In this document: positions 47,225 through 60,036 of the stretch, piece by piece
How positions within the stretch are numbered: the stretch's first letter is position 1
Layout: every line of letters begins with the position of its first letter
Source of the DNA: Hemiscyllium ocellatum
Lineage: Eukaryota
Direction: 5' to 3'
DNA: 64,000 nucleotides
NCBI RefSeq assembly: GCF_020745735.1
Contig: NC_083435.1
Coordinates: forward strand, 26,473,231-26,537,230
Translations under genes and position numbers: made by a program
The notes under the pieces: model-generated
Seen by the model: only the letters and a program-made list of their open reading frames with translations
What the model was told of the DNA's origin: nothing
The model's database searches: none

Positions 47225-48570
47225 CATACACTGTTTTTTTCTTTTACATTTCTGGGCCATTTTCACTCTCACTCCTGTTCTCGCTCTCATTCATTTCTCT
47301 TGCTCATGCTTTCTCTCTTGTGAATTTCTCTCTAACACTGTTTCTCTCACACTCATTTTTCTCACTGTCTTGCACGCTGTCTCACACTCTCATTTCTCAT
47401 TCTCTTTCACTCTGATAATGAGCAGTTTCTAATGCCTCTCTTTCCATTAACAGCTTCTGAAGAAAGGACATCCTCAGACAGTTCGGCCATTTCCTGAGGC
47501 ATGAATATTGTTGGTCGATGTTGTGAGTAGATCATTCTAATTGGGATATAGAATAACCTCGATTATCTGAACAAGCTGGGCGGGGAGTATGTGGTTTGGA
47601 TAACTGATTGTTCGGATAACTGATCTGATCATAAAGAAACAAAGCATTGACAAGACTTTGAGACCTTGTTTGGATAATCTGAAATTCAGATAATTGATGT
47701 TTAGATAACTGAGGTTATTCTATATTGGGGCTAGTTTTCGCTGTATGATCTGGAGGGTGGACACTGAGCTCAGACTCTTTCTCCCTGTGTGATCACTAAA
47801 GACCAGCTCATGCGGTTTGACACTAAGCTTTCAGACTGTCCTTCTGGAGTTGGCCAACCGTCTCCTGCTCTCAGCCTCAAGATATCGTCAAGAGGAGGGA
47901 TTTGGACTATAGAAACACCCGGAAACCTTTCATCCTGAATGGGGCCTCCTGTCAGCTGATTGACTCCTTTTAAAGGCGTCAATATTCCTAGAGTTCTTGC
48001 TGTAGTTTGTTTCTGGAGTTGACTTTTGCTCTCCCGGGATTCTGAATTACTGCAGTGTGGTGGGTGTGGTCTAGATCTGATGGAGGCCTCCGAGCAGGTC
48101 AAATGACCAGACCATGTGGAGATAGAAGAGAACTATTTTGACTGGCTGGGGTGTCTCGGACTTGAATGGCAGGTAGTTAAAGTCAGCTCTATTGAGGGTG
48201 AAACTAGGAAACACTTCCACACATACAGACTGGGAAATGGTTAGAACTCGCTCTTTCTCAGAAGGTAATTGATGCAAAATGAAGTTCAGTGAATTAAAAT
48301 CTATAAAACTCAGAATTAAGAGACAAATGGAAGATATATAAATGGATTGAGGCAACACACCAGCAAAGATCTGATTGAACAGTGGAATGGCCTCCTCATC
48401 TTCCATGTCCCTGTGGGTTTTGCTGGTCTTTAAGGAGTGAGTCTGAGGGGTTTTACTGATGTTTGGGGAATGGGCCTTTTGTGTTTCACTGCTGGTGTTT
48501 ATGGGAAATGCTATAAAATGTGCTGGGTTTTCTGTGCTTTGTAACAGAGGTTTTTTTTTCTCTTCCCCAG

Positions 48571-48653
48571 GTTCCTCTAATGTCCTTGCTGGAAACCAGG
48601 TTTCCATTGCTGGAATTGATCTTCTAATTTGTCATCCTCAATTTCAGGAGTGA
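48571..48653 (+). CDS. Candidate cytoplasmic-tail exon of locus 2
   Basis: Strong acceptor TTTTTTTTTCTCTTCCCCAG conserved in unit B; phase 1 reads GSSNVLAGNQVSIAGIDLLICHPQFQE*. The true exon may end earlier. Confidence 0.45.
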
Positions 48654-49849
48654 TTTCAATTGTCAGTCTGGCTGAGTGAAATGTCTACATTTTGTTAATA
48701 ATAGATTATTGAAATCTATTGGCAGATGTTGAAATGTGAATTCAGTCAAATTTAAAATGAAGAGACAGCTTATTGGTGATGATGTCATCTTTATTGATTG
48801 TTGTTAAAAGCCATCTGGTTCACTAATGCCCTGCCAGGATAGAAATTATTACAGTCTGGTCTACATGTCACTGTGCAATGAGTTAACTCTTAACTGCCCT
48901 CTGGACAACAAGCACTGGCATTGCCGGTGATGGCCAAATCTCAGGAAACAACTTTTAATGTTTGACAGTGTGGTTATATTTCCTGAGCAGAAACTTCATC
49001 TCCACAGCACAACACCCATTGGTCATGCCCCATGCACAATACTGCCAGTCCGTTCAGCACATAAACATGATCTTCATCAGCCATTCATCAGTGGGATCAC
49101 CCCAGACCTCAATTTGAATTTTTCTGCTCCTTAAATACTGAGTGAAACCTTTTCTATGAGCTTGTTACACAGCACTATTTCTGGATACTGATGGAAGACA
49201 ACATTACCCTACAATAATGTCATGAAAACATGTCATGCATCCAACTCTTGCCCAGGCCATGCTGCAGTCTCACACTTTCTGACTTGAACTGTTTCCATGT
49301 TCACACTCCTATCAATTTATAAACTTCCTCATGCAAAGCCTCAATAGAGCTGCGTACTCATGGCCTGCATTCCAGCTTCCTGTCTTGGGTTCAAGGCTGC
49401 ACTATTTTCTGTCCCACTCTCTCCAACTCTGAGATTTTGCTGAGGTATTTATTGAGTCATCAAGTCATACAGAACAGAAATGACCCAAACAATCTATGTT
49501 CCCAAACTAAACTAATCCCACCTGGCTATGCCAGGTCCATATCACAACAAACGTTTATTATTTGTGTACTCATCCAAATATAAATGGTGTAACTGTACCA
49601 TGTCCACCACTTCCTCTGGACATTCATTCCAAGCACAAACCATTCTCAGTGTAAAAATGTTGCCTCTCATGTAGGTTTAAAGTCTTTCTCCTCTCACCGT
49701 AAAAATATGGTCCCTGGTCTTGAAATTCATCCCCCCTCTACACACGGACACATACACACACTCACGCAGACCCTCTCTCATACATATGCTGTCCCTCATA
49801 CACACATAATTTCCCCCATACTCACATCCACACATGTGCCCTCCCACAG

Positions 49850-50362
49850 GATTATACTCTGTCACACTCACACACACACACACTGCCAAGCACACGCACA
49901 TGTAAACGCAAACTCACGTGCACTCACTCACATACATGTGTATGCGCGTACACACACACACGACTATCAGGTGAATTGCATTTGCAGAATTGTTTTTGCA
50001 GACATATTGTTGAGTTTTGGGGCAAAATATAATTTGCAGGCCATCGATCCATATCACCTTAAATTATCTTGAGAATGTGACTTCAAAGAAATTCTGGCAT
50101 TTTCATATTAATGAACCAAAACCTATAACCCACGCTGAAAGATGAAAGACTTAACAGCAATCTTGGTTTGTTCAATATATTGTTTCAGTTGTATGATGCT
50201 GTGATCTTTTGCTATAAATTCTGTATCTTGTCTCACAGCTACCTGATGAAAGAGCAGGGCTCCGAAAGATAGTGCTTCCAAATAAATGTGCTGGTCCATA
50301 ACCTGGTGTTGTATGATTTTTAACTTTGTCCACCCCAGTCCAATGCCAGCACCTCCACATCA
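49850..50362 (+). mobile_element. PLE family B 3' fragment with degenerate hammerhead (50243-50272)
   Basis: Homologous to 15900-16540, including the CA-rich tract and terminus. Confidence 0.75.
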
Positions 50363-52059
50363 TCTGCAATAAGAAAGAGTCTAACCATCAGCCTTTGACC
50401 ATCAATAGCTTTACCATCACTGAATCCCACTATCAACCTCTGAGGTGTTTCTATTAATCTGAACCTGAACTGGACTGAACATATAATACAGTGGCTACAA
50501 GAGCAAGTTAGAGGCAAAGAATACAGCAACACGCAACTCACCTCTGACTCACCAAAGCCAGTTCACCATCAAGAATGCACAATTCAGGAGTATGATGTAA
50601 TACTCCTGACTTACCTATATGTGTGCAATTCCAGCAACACTGATCAAGTTTGACACCATCCAAGACAATGCATTGGCACCAGATTCATAACTAATTAGCT
50701 ACTCCGCAAGTGACACTCAGTAGCAGCAGTCCATACTGTTTACAAGATGCACTGTGATCCTTCAACACAACACTTAGACAATGCCCTCCACATCAATGTC
50801 CATGACCTCCCAGAAGGATAAGGACAGCAGATACTGGGAAAACCACCATCTACATGATATCCTCCAAACTACTCACCATCCTAGCTTGGAAATATATCTC
50901 TATTCATCAGTGTCACTGGGTCACAACCCTGGAATTCTCCATGAGTGTGGCCAGAGCCCACATTGGTCAGAGCCCTTGAAGATTCTGGCCACAGAAACTG
51001 ACAGACAAATGCCTTACTCACATCAATCCAATGAGATGTATGATGGTGGCCCTGAGGCCGTACCGGGAGATTACCAGAGGTTACGGTTCATGGACCAAAC
51101 CTACAAAATTAATGAGTGTGATCTCCCTCTCCATCAGCTGATAACGTGACAATTCCACCAGCTCCGCACACCATTGTGCAGAAGTTGCTGTTTGAGAGAG
51201 TGGATGGAATTGTGCAGAAAATCCCACACACTTCTGTTTCCAGGTGAAGACCAACCATCTAACGTTTATGGTAACACCAACTGTTACACTTACAGAATAT
51301 TCAGCAAAAATGCCAGCCTGGCAACCTATCTGCACAGGTCTCCCATCAGAATACCCTGGACAGAGAACACTCCTGCCTGACATTTCTATAGGGCTTTCCT
51401 TTCCAGCGGAAGCATTGCCAAAGCTGCAGATACTGTGTGCACAGTTCATGAGCCACCTGGTGGGCTTAGTGAACAAAGGCCACAGGTGTATACAGTAAGG
51501 GAGTGTGGAGCAGCAACCACTGTAACTTTGTAAACAGTAACAATAACTAACTCCCCTCTGCCTCACTCACATTCCATGATTTCCACAGAAAGGTGTGGGA
51601 TATCATTCAGGAATGTCCAGCAGGAATTCAGGCAGTACTATCTTTGAGACTGACCGCTGCTTTCCATCTCTATACAATGATGATGGGTTATCCTTTCAGT
51701 GTATATGGGGTAAGATTTGAAGTAATGTTTGCAGCATTTGAAGCTGGATATGAAAGCTAAACATTGGCAAAGTACTTACATCTCAGAGTAAGAGTCGTTG
51801 CCATAAAATGTGAACACCTGAACAAGTGAGGGAAATCACAGAAACAGAGGAAGAAGGACATTCAACCTTTTAACTCTGCTCCACCATTCAAAATGATCAC
51901 AGCTGATCGTCCAACTCAGGACCCTATTTCCATTTTTTCCCTATCCACTTTTATTCATTTCATCCTAAGAGCTGTACCTAACCTTTTCCTCCAAATGTTC
52001 AGTGTGACAGAGGCTCACCACTCTCTGGATGAAGACATCTCTCCTCATCTCAGTTCAAA

Positions 52060-52800
52060 ATGGCCTCCCTCACATCCTTAGACTGTGATCCATGGTCTGG
52101 ACTCCTTGCTCATTAGGATGTACCCTGCATTTACCCTATCTTGTCCTGGGTTTCTGTGAGATCTCACTCCTCAATCTTCTAACCCCTACTGCATAGCATC
52201 CTAACCCATCCAGTCTCTCTCATACATCAGTCCTGATATCCCTGGAATTGATCTGGTAAAGGTTTGTTGCTCTCCCTCCATCAGCAGAATATCCTTCCTC
52301 TGATAACGTGACCAAAACTGGATACAATATTCGCAGTGTGGTATCACCAAATGTCTGTACAATTGCAGCAAGACGTCGTTGCTCCTGCACTCAAACATTC
52401 TCACTATGAAGCTCAACACGTTTGTTTTCTTTATCGCATGCCACATTTGCATGTTTACCTTCAGTGATGGCTGTACAGCGTTTGTTGCACCTTCCTTTTT
52501 CCCAATTTATTGACATTCAAATAAGGATCTGCCTTCCTGTTTTCACTATTAAAGTACATAAGCTGAATTTTAACCACATTATCTTGCATCTGCCATGCAT
52601 TTGCCCACTCATTCAACTTGTCCAAAATACACTGATACATCTCTGCATCCTGCTCACAACTCAGCCTCCCTCCCAGCTTTGTGTCATCTGCAAATTTGGA
52701 GGTATTACATGAAGTTTGTTCATCTAAATCATTAATGTAGTGAATCGCTGAGCTCCAAGCACAGATCACTGTGAAACCCCACACATCATTGACTACCACA
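52060..52800 (-). mobile_element. Old CR1-type LINE fragment
   Basis: INDLDE...[11 protein letters not shown] and HCEYCIQFW motifs in ORFs 52201-52452 and 52461-52865. Confidence 0.75.
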
Positions 52801-53948
52801 AGGAAAATGAACATATATTCTTGCTTTCCAACTACCAATGGGTTCTTGAAACAAACCCGCATCAAGACACACAGAACTTATTTAAAAATTAGTTTATAGC
52901 ACTGACAATTTTACACTGTCAGAAGTAAGCCAGAGGGAAACACCAATAATCATTGGAAATGAGAATATAGTTCTCATTAAAGGTTTATGTTAAAGTATAC
53001 GGGTCAGACCAATTAGCATCATTCACAACTTTTCCTCATTCTTCATTCTTGAAAAGTGACAAAGGACAATTTAGGAACCCAATTCAGCAATGTCTGAAGG
53101 AGGAAGACAGGAACTTAGCCATTGCTGTACAGCATGTGCTGCAGTGAAATATGTGAAACCACAGTAAAGGTGGACAAACGTATTCAAGCTGTAAGTTCAC
53201 TCAATGAAGCCAATTAAAGAGAATAGGAGTCTTTATTAAAATCAGCATGAATTATTCAGAATGCCATGAATAATCTTTGAAAAACTATGAAGAGGACAGG
53301 ATTACTTTTAAAACCACAGACAGCTGGTTCCATTCAGTAGAGTCAGTATAGAGGACACAAATTGTTTATTAGGCCACACACAGCCAGATTCCTCCATTTC
53401 TAACAATAAACTTGGGAATGCTCCATATTGGCTGCAAAAACCCAGAAAAATCCTTCAATAACCAATACAGAAGACACATTGCTGGATTGTAATACACTCC
53501 TGACTTGCGCGGAAAATATTTCGCTCTTAAAGTTTTCATTTGAGGTAATGGATTATGCTTCACCCAATCCTGATGTAATGAAGTCTTATTTGAGAAGATC
53601 TTGTGTCAGCACACTCGACAAAGCCGACTAAAACACAATTGAAACGGAGAAATGAGGGAGTAAACCCAGTTTCTGGTGACCAAGAGTTCACCGACCTCTC
53701 CAAACACCACCAACAGCAACAAGGTTCCATCATAAAACACCTTGTTTGATGGTGAACAGGCCTTGCGGAGCCAGGAGTTGAACTACTTACTGCTGAATCC
53801 CCACTCTCTCATCACCTGTTAAAATCACAGTGTTAATACTGCTGGTCGCATTCAGGTTCTGGTCAGTGGAATACAACTTAATATTGATGGTGGGAGATTC
53901 AATGATGGTAAAGCCTTTGAATGTCAAAGTATTGAGGTGAATGAAAGA

Positions 53949-54250
53949 TTAGATTAGATTACTTACAGTGTGGAAACAGGCCCTTCGGCCCAACAAGTCC
54001 ACATCGACCCGCCGAAGCGCAACCCACCCATACCCCTTACTTAACACTACGGGCAATTTAGCATGGCCATTCACCTGACCCGCACATCTTTGGACTGTGG
54101 GAGGAAACCAGAGCACCTGGAGGAAACCCACGCAGACACGGGGAGAACGTGCAAACTCCACTCAGTCAGTCACCTGAGTCGGGAATTGAACCCGGATCTC
54201 AGGCGCTGTGAGGCAGCAGTGCTAACCACTGTGACACCGTGCCGCCCACT
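53949..54250 (-). mobile_element. HE1-like SINE present only in unit B
   Basis: Unit A reads GAATGAAAGA-TGTTAAGATTC uninterrupted (~39430-39450). The unit B copy has a tRNA-like head and an (AATCT)n tail. Confidence 0.85.
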
Positions 54251-55284
54251 ATGTTGAGATTCGGTCTTGTTGAAGATGGTCATTGCCTGGTACTTGTTTG
54301 GCATGAATGTGATTTCCCACCTGCTAGCCCAACTTTGTATCATGTGTCATACTATGTAAATACATGGACTGATTCAGTGTCTGAGGTCTCACACTGAAAA
54401 ATATCCAACCATCAGTGAACATCTTGACTTCTGACCTAAGGATGTAGTGAAGGTTATGGATGAAGGAGTTGAAAATCTTTGTACCTAACACCGTTTCGTG
54501 AGGAACACATGCAGTGCTGTCCTGTGTCCGAGATTGCTGTACCTGAACAGTTTCACTGGGGGCCCATAACGCCAAGAAATTTGTTAGGGCCCACAGTCTT
54601 TGCGATATCCCGAGGCGTTAACTGTACACCAGGTCTAGCAGGATTTGGAGGCAAATTCAGGAAGCCCATTTCCACACGGAATACTTTGTTTTATTTATCG
54701 AATGTGGACATCATTGACTCGGCAGCAATTTATTGCGCAGTCCTATTTCTCCAGAAGATAATTGCTGTGGGATCTGGAGTCACTTGTAGGCCCAGACCAG
54801 ATAAAGACAGGATATTTCCTTGCACAAAAGGACATGAATGAACTTGATGGTTTTACAGCTATCCTCATTGGGTACATGTCCACCACGAGACTAGCTTTCA
54901 GTTCCAAGTTGTTTCTTTATTGAATTCAAACCTCACTGTCTGCCATGAGGGGATGTGAACCCATGTCCCCAGACTATTAGCTGAGGGGATTCCCAGCCCA
55001 GTGACATCACCACAATCTCACCATCTTCCCTCACATCAAGAATCCATCTAAACATATCTTCTCTAAAGGTCTGTGAATGTTGGGATAATTTCAAAAGTAT
55101 CATCAGAGATGATTGCATTTTTGGAGACTGAGGTTTGTCTGATATTTTGGCGATTGAAGGAGATGAAACTGGAGTTAAAAATCAGCAATGATCTTATTGG
55201 GTGGTGTAGCAGCATCGAGGGGCTGAATGGTCTCTGTCCCAAAAATGAATTGCAGCTCAGCTCATTCTCCCAGCAACTGGAGGT

Positions 55285-55425
55285 GAAAGTGGAAGTGTTT
55301 AGGTGATTGGGAAGTCCCGATCCTGGGCGGAGTTATGCAACCTGTTTGTTGTCTATTCTGCCGGAGTCTGGTGACTCACTGAGTCGTTTTATTGTGATTG
55401 GATCGATGATAGTTTGGGACCAATC
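55285..55425 (+). promoter_or_regulatory. MHC class I-type promoter of locus 3
   Basis: GAAAGTGGAA (55285-55294), GGGAAGTCCC (55309-55318), TGACTCA (55372-55378), GATTGG (55396-55401) and CCAATC (55420-55425). Confidence 0.7.
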
Positions 55426-55612
55426 AGTGTGAAGGAGTCTCGGTGGAGAGGGGCAGTAACAGGAACTGAAGCAAAGTGCTGAAAAATCTGTTGGGAGAGA
55501 TATTGAAGACTCTTCTTCAGAACAGTTTAATATCATTCTCGATGACAGCTCACAGACTGAGACAGTCCGCTGGAAAATAATTTATCCACCATGACTGTCA
55601 ACTGAAGTCACG

Positions 55613-55661
55613 ATGATTGGACTGATAGTGCTGGGGCTTCTATGGGGAGAGCTCTCTGCAG
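55613..55661 (+). CDS. MHC class I locus 3, leader exon
   Basis: MIGLIVLGLLWGELSA + G|GTTAGT, identical to locus 2. Confidence 0.85.
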
Positions 55662-56067
55662 GTTAGTAATGGGGGTGTGAGTGAGGAGTAGAGCCAGGCT
55701 GGGAACTGGGGCTTTAACCTTTGTTCATGTTCCCGTCAGAATGATTTATAGGGTAATATTTATCTAATTACAGGTTTTAAACGTCAGTGAATCCACTGTT
55801 TTAAATGATTTAGGTTCGTACGAGATTTAACCATAAGGCCAAAAGATCTGTATTTGCGAAATTCAAAAGATCTGTTGAACATTACAGGGTGAAAAGTAAA
55901 AATATAAAATTGGTAGACTTTTTTTCAAGTAAAAGGAAAAGAGAAAAAAGTTAACAACATCACGTGATGAAGCTGAAGTGAATTGTATAATTCTCTCCAG
56001 TGCTGGAGAAAAGGTGAACAAAATGATTCATGATTCAGGAATTCATGCCCTGATTTTTGTGTTTCAG

Positions 56068-56328
56068 AAACTCACTCTCTTCGGTATTTTATCACTGGTA
56101 TGACTCCGATTCCCAATTTCCCAGAGTTTGTGATTGTTGGTTATGTGGACGGGGTCCAGTTTGCTATGTATGACAGCAATCGCAAGGATATAATCCCCCG
56201 GGAACAGTGGATGGTGGACAGCGAGGGACCTGAGGCCTGGAAGCGGAAACGGTTTCTTGCTCAGGAGCGAGAAGACTGTGCCAAACGCGATATTCTGACA
56301 TTTATGTCACGGACCAACCAGACAGGGG
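56068..56328 (+). CDS. MHC class I locus 3, alpha1 exon
   Basis: THSLRYFITG...EAWKRKRFLAQEREDCAKRDILTFMSRTNQTG; canonical splice sites; 261 nt. Confidence 0.95.
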
Positions 56329-56508
56329 GTGAGTGCTCACTGTCCCACAGCATGACATCTTCCTGTGCATTTGAGGAGTCTGGGTGGGAATGGGAGAAAT
56401 TAGGAGTGAATCTGAGTTCCAGAGATTGACCGACTGACTGTGGGAATGGTTGGAGGGGACACCAACTGTCTCTGTCTCTGATCAGCAACTTGTGTTTCTG
56501 ATTGACAG

Positions 56509-56781
56509 GGATTCACATTTACCAGATGATGACTGGCTGTGACCTGAGGGATGATGGGACTGTAATTGGGTTCAACCTCAGAGGATGGGACGGGCAAGAT
56601 TTGATCAGCTTCGATAAGGACCACAAGGTGTGGGTAACCCCAGTCCCCTGGGCGGAAAGCATCAAAAACCGTTTGGACCAGGATGTGGTGGTTAAGCAGA
56701 GGTGGAGGCATTACCTGGAGGTGGAGTGCATCGAGTGGCTGAGGAAATACCTGGAGTACGGTCAGAGGGAGCTGAGAGTCG
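56509..56781 (+). CDS. MHC class I locus 3, alpha2 exon
   Basis: GIHIYQMMTGCDLRDD...KNRLDQ...YLEVECIEWLRKYLEYG; 273 nt; AG/GT. Confidence 0.95.
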
Positions 56782-56877
56782 GTGAGTGGACAGGGAGTGA
56801 GAGTTGTTAAATTTCATGGTGCCTGTGTGTTTCTTTCTCTATGTTCCTGCACTGACTCCTCTTCCTCTCTCCTCCAG

Positions 56878-57141
56878 TTCCCCCTGATGTGTCCTTTGCC
56901 CGTCTGGGTGATTCTAACTGGCTGTCCTGTCTCGTCACTGGGTTTTACCCACAAGCCATTGAGGTGACTCTGTGGAGGGACGGAGTGTTGATCGATGAGA
57001 CCCTCTCCACTGGGATCTTGCCCAATCACAACAGGACCTACCAGATCCGGAAATGGATAGAGTTTGATCTGGAGGATCAGGCTGAATATTCCTGTCAGGT
57101 GGAGCACAGCGGACTGGAGGAGAAGCTGGTGGTGATTTATG
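56878..57141 (+). CDS. MHC class I locus 3, alpha3 exon
   Basis: VPPDVSF...LSCLVTGFYPQAIEV...YSCQVEHSGL; 264 nt; AG/GT. Confidence 0.95.
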
Positions 57142-59931
57142 GTAAGACTGATTCTCACTGTGAGAGAGGAACCGGACTCAGACCAGGATCACAAGAGAGA
57201 GGACCAGCTGAGCTGCTTCAGCAGGACGCTCCAGGGTAGAGAGAGGGACGTTCATATGAACTGTCAGTGTGTCACAGTGCTCACATCAGTTGTAGAGGAC
57301 AGTAATTAAGGCAGTGAATCAGGGACACTACAGCAGGATGTCACCCAGTGTATTCTGGTGTGTAATGCTGCCCAGCATCTTAATATCCAGGATCGTTAAG
57401 GATTAAAGTATTAGTATATCATCTGATATGTGTGTGACAGAACCAGCTATGTCCTTTCAGTTGACCATATTTCCTGAGCACTCTTCAAGTCCATGGACAC
57501 TTTAATCTCAAAGGACAAAGGCAGTAGATACTTGGGAACACCAGCTCCTGCAAGTTCCCCTCCAAGTTACTCAGCATCCTGACTTGGAAATACATTGTGG
57601 GTCCACCTACGGCACATAAGCTGTATTGGCCTAAGAAGGCAGCTCACCACCGCCTTCTGTAGAGCAACTAGGGAATGACTGTAAAGACTCGCTTGACACC
57701 CATATCTCTGTGAATTAAAAAAGAGAAACAGATCCTGAGATGTTTTATTATGAGACAGTCCAGTGAATCCAGGGATAATAATGTCCAATAGGATCCATGT
57801 ATCCTGATATTTCAGCATGGCAGCATCCAGTGTATCCTGGAATTGTAGCCCAGTCTATTTAACATTGTTCCTTGATGATCTTTGTCCAACTCAGTGTAAC
57901 AATGAATAGTCAGCATGATTAGTCATTGGATTCTGGTGATCAAAACAATTGTCTCCAAAGAAAAACATCCTAGCTTGTCCAACTACTCCTCATAATTCAG
58001 TCCCTTGTATCATGGAAACGTCCTTCTGCACTGTTTCCAGTTTAATAACATCCTTTCTATTAGCAAGGTGACCAAAACACAATACTCCAAGTGCAGCCTC
58101 ACCAACGTCCTGTGCAACTGCAACATAATTTCCCAACTATACTCAATGCCCTAACTGATAAGACTGGTGTGCTAAAAGCTGCCTTCACTGTTCTGGCTAC
58201 CTGTGACTCCATTTTCAGAGAACTGTGCACCAGAACTCCAAGGTCTCTCTGTTCCACAATAGTCCTTAAGGCCCTACCATTCACCTTGAAACCCCTACCT
58301 TGATTTGACTTTCCAAATCACAAGACCTCACACCTATCTGCATTAAACTCCACTTGCCACTTCCCCAGCTGATCAAGGTCCTGCTGCAATATTTGATAAC
58401 CTTCCTCACTGTCCACGATACCACCTGTTTCAGTGTCATCTGCAAACTTACTAATGTTACCTTGTATGTTCTCATCCAAATCGTTGATATTGATAACAAA
58501 CAGCAATGGGCCCAGCACTGACCCCTGAGGCACACCATTAGTCTCAGGCCTCCAGTCCAACAAACATCCTTCCGTTATTACCCTCTACTTCCTAGCATCA
58601 AGCCATTTGTATCTCCAATTTGCCAGTTTCCCCTGAATTCCATGCGATCTAACCTTCCAGGGCAGCATACCATGTGGAACCTTTTTAAAGGTCTTGCTGA
58701 AATCCATTTAGATTATGTTCCTGGTCACTTCAACAAAGAATTATAAGAAATTTGTGAGGTATGATCTCCTACGCACAAAGCTGAAAATGTGTTGCTGGAA
58801 AAGCGCAGCAGGTCAGGCAGCATCCAAGGAGCAGGAGAATCGACATTTTGGGCATGAGCCCTTCTTCAGGAATGCACAAAGCCTCCTACGCACAAAGCCA
58901 TGCAAAGTATTTCTAATCAAACCCTGTCTTTCCAAATGCATGTGTATTTTATCTCTCTGAAGCTTCTCAAGTAACTTACTGGTCCATAGTTCCCAGGATT
59001 TTCTTTGCAGCCCGACACAATATTTGCTACCCTCCACCTACCAGGACCTCACCCGTGGCTAACTGTTAGAAAGGAAATTTCTTTACAAAAAACCCAAAGA
59101 TAGGCTTTAATCTTGAGAGGGAGATTTAGCCTATCCTACCTCACCTTCAATTCTATCTTGAACTTTGGTTAGACCACATTTCGAGAACTGCAGCAGTTCT
59201 GGTTGCCATGTGATGTAAAGGATATTGAGGCACTGGAGAGGGTGCTGATTAGATATACAATGTCAATATCAGAAATGTGAGTGTATGTATCAGGAAAGGA
59301 TTGAGAGGCTTGATGTCTTCTCTCTTGAAAAATGGAGCCCAAACAGAGATCTTTACAAGGATGAATCATTTTGAAAGAGTGGGTGCAGAGACAGTGTTTG
59401 GGGAAGAGCACAACTAAGGACCATCAACACAAGACAGTCACCAAATATTCCGCAAGGAATTCCAGAGAAATATCTGCAATCGGAGCATGAGGAGAATATG
59501 AAGCTCACTGCTGCAGGGAGTGAGTTTGTGAGGATGTATTTAAGGGGAGTTTAGAAAGTAATAGGGAGTGATGGTAACACATGTAGATGAGGAAGGCTGA
59601 GATGAGCAGCTTCACGTGACTAAATACAAGTGTATACTGATTGGATCAAATTGACTCACTGTGTGCCATGTATCCTGTATAAGGCCGATTTTTGTTTTTA
59701 AAAAACATTTTTTGTCTCTTTTTCTCTCTTCCTGCTTCACTTGGTTCTCTATCTATCTCTCACCTCTCTTTCTCTCTATCTCTGTCTGTTTGTCTCTCTC
59801 CCCCATTTTATTTCTCTCTCTGTCTGTCTCTCTCTCTCTCTCTCTGTCTGTCTGTGTCTCTCCCCATTTTATTTCTATCTCTGTCTGTCTGTCGCTTTCT
59901 GCCTGTCTGTCTCTCTATCTCTCTCTGGCAG

Positions 59932-60036
59932 TCCCAAAGTCTCACTCCCAGGTTCTTGTTACTGTCGGGATTGTGTTCGGACTCCTTGGGATCATCTCTC
60001 TCGCTGTTGTGGCTGTTGTCATTCACAAGAAGAAAG
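59932..60036 (+). CDS. MHC class I locus 3, transmembrane exon
   Basis: VPKSHSQVLVTVGIVFGLLGIISLAVVAVVIHKKK; 105 nt; GTAAG donor. Confidence 0.9.

Larger units (their letters stand above)
38340..52850 (+). repeat. Tandem segmental duplication unit A (contains MHC locus 2)
   Basis: Collinear with 52850-64000 at an offset of ~14.2-14.8 kb (e.g. GCATCAAGACACACAGAA at ~38353 and ~52860; the 49620 region matches 63860). Confidence 0.9.
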
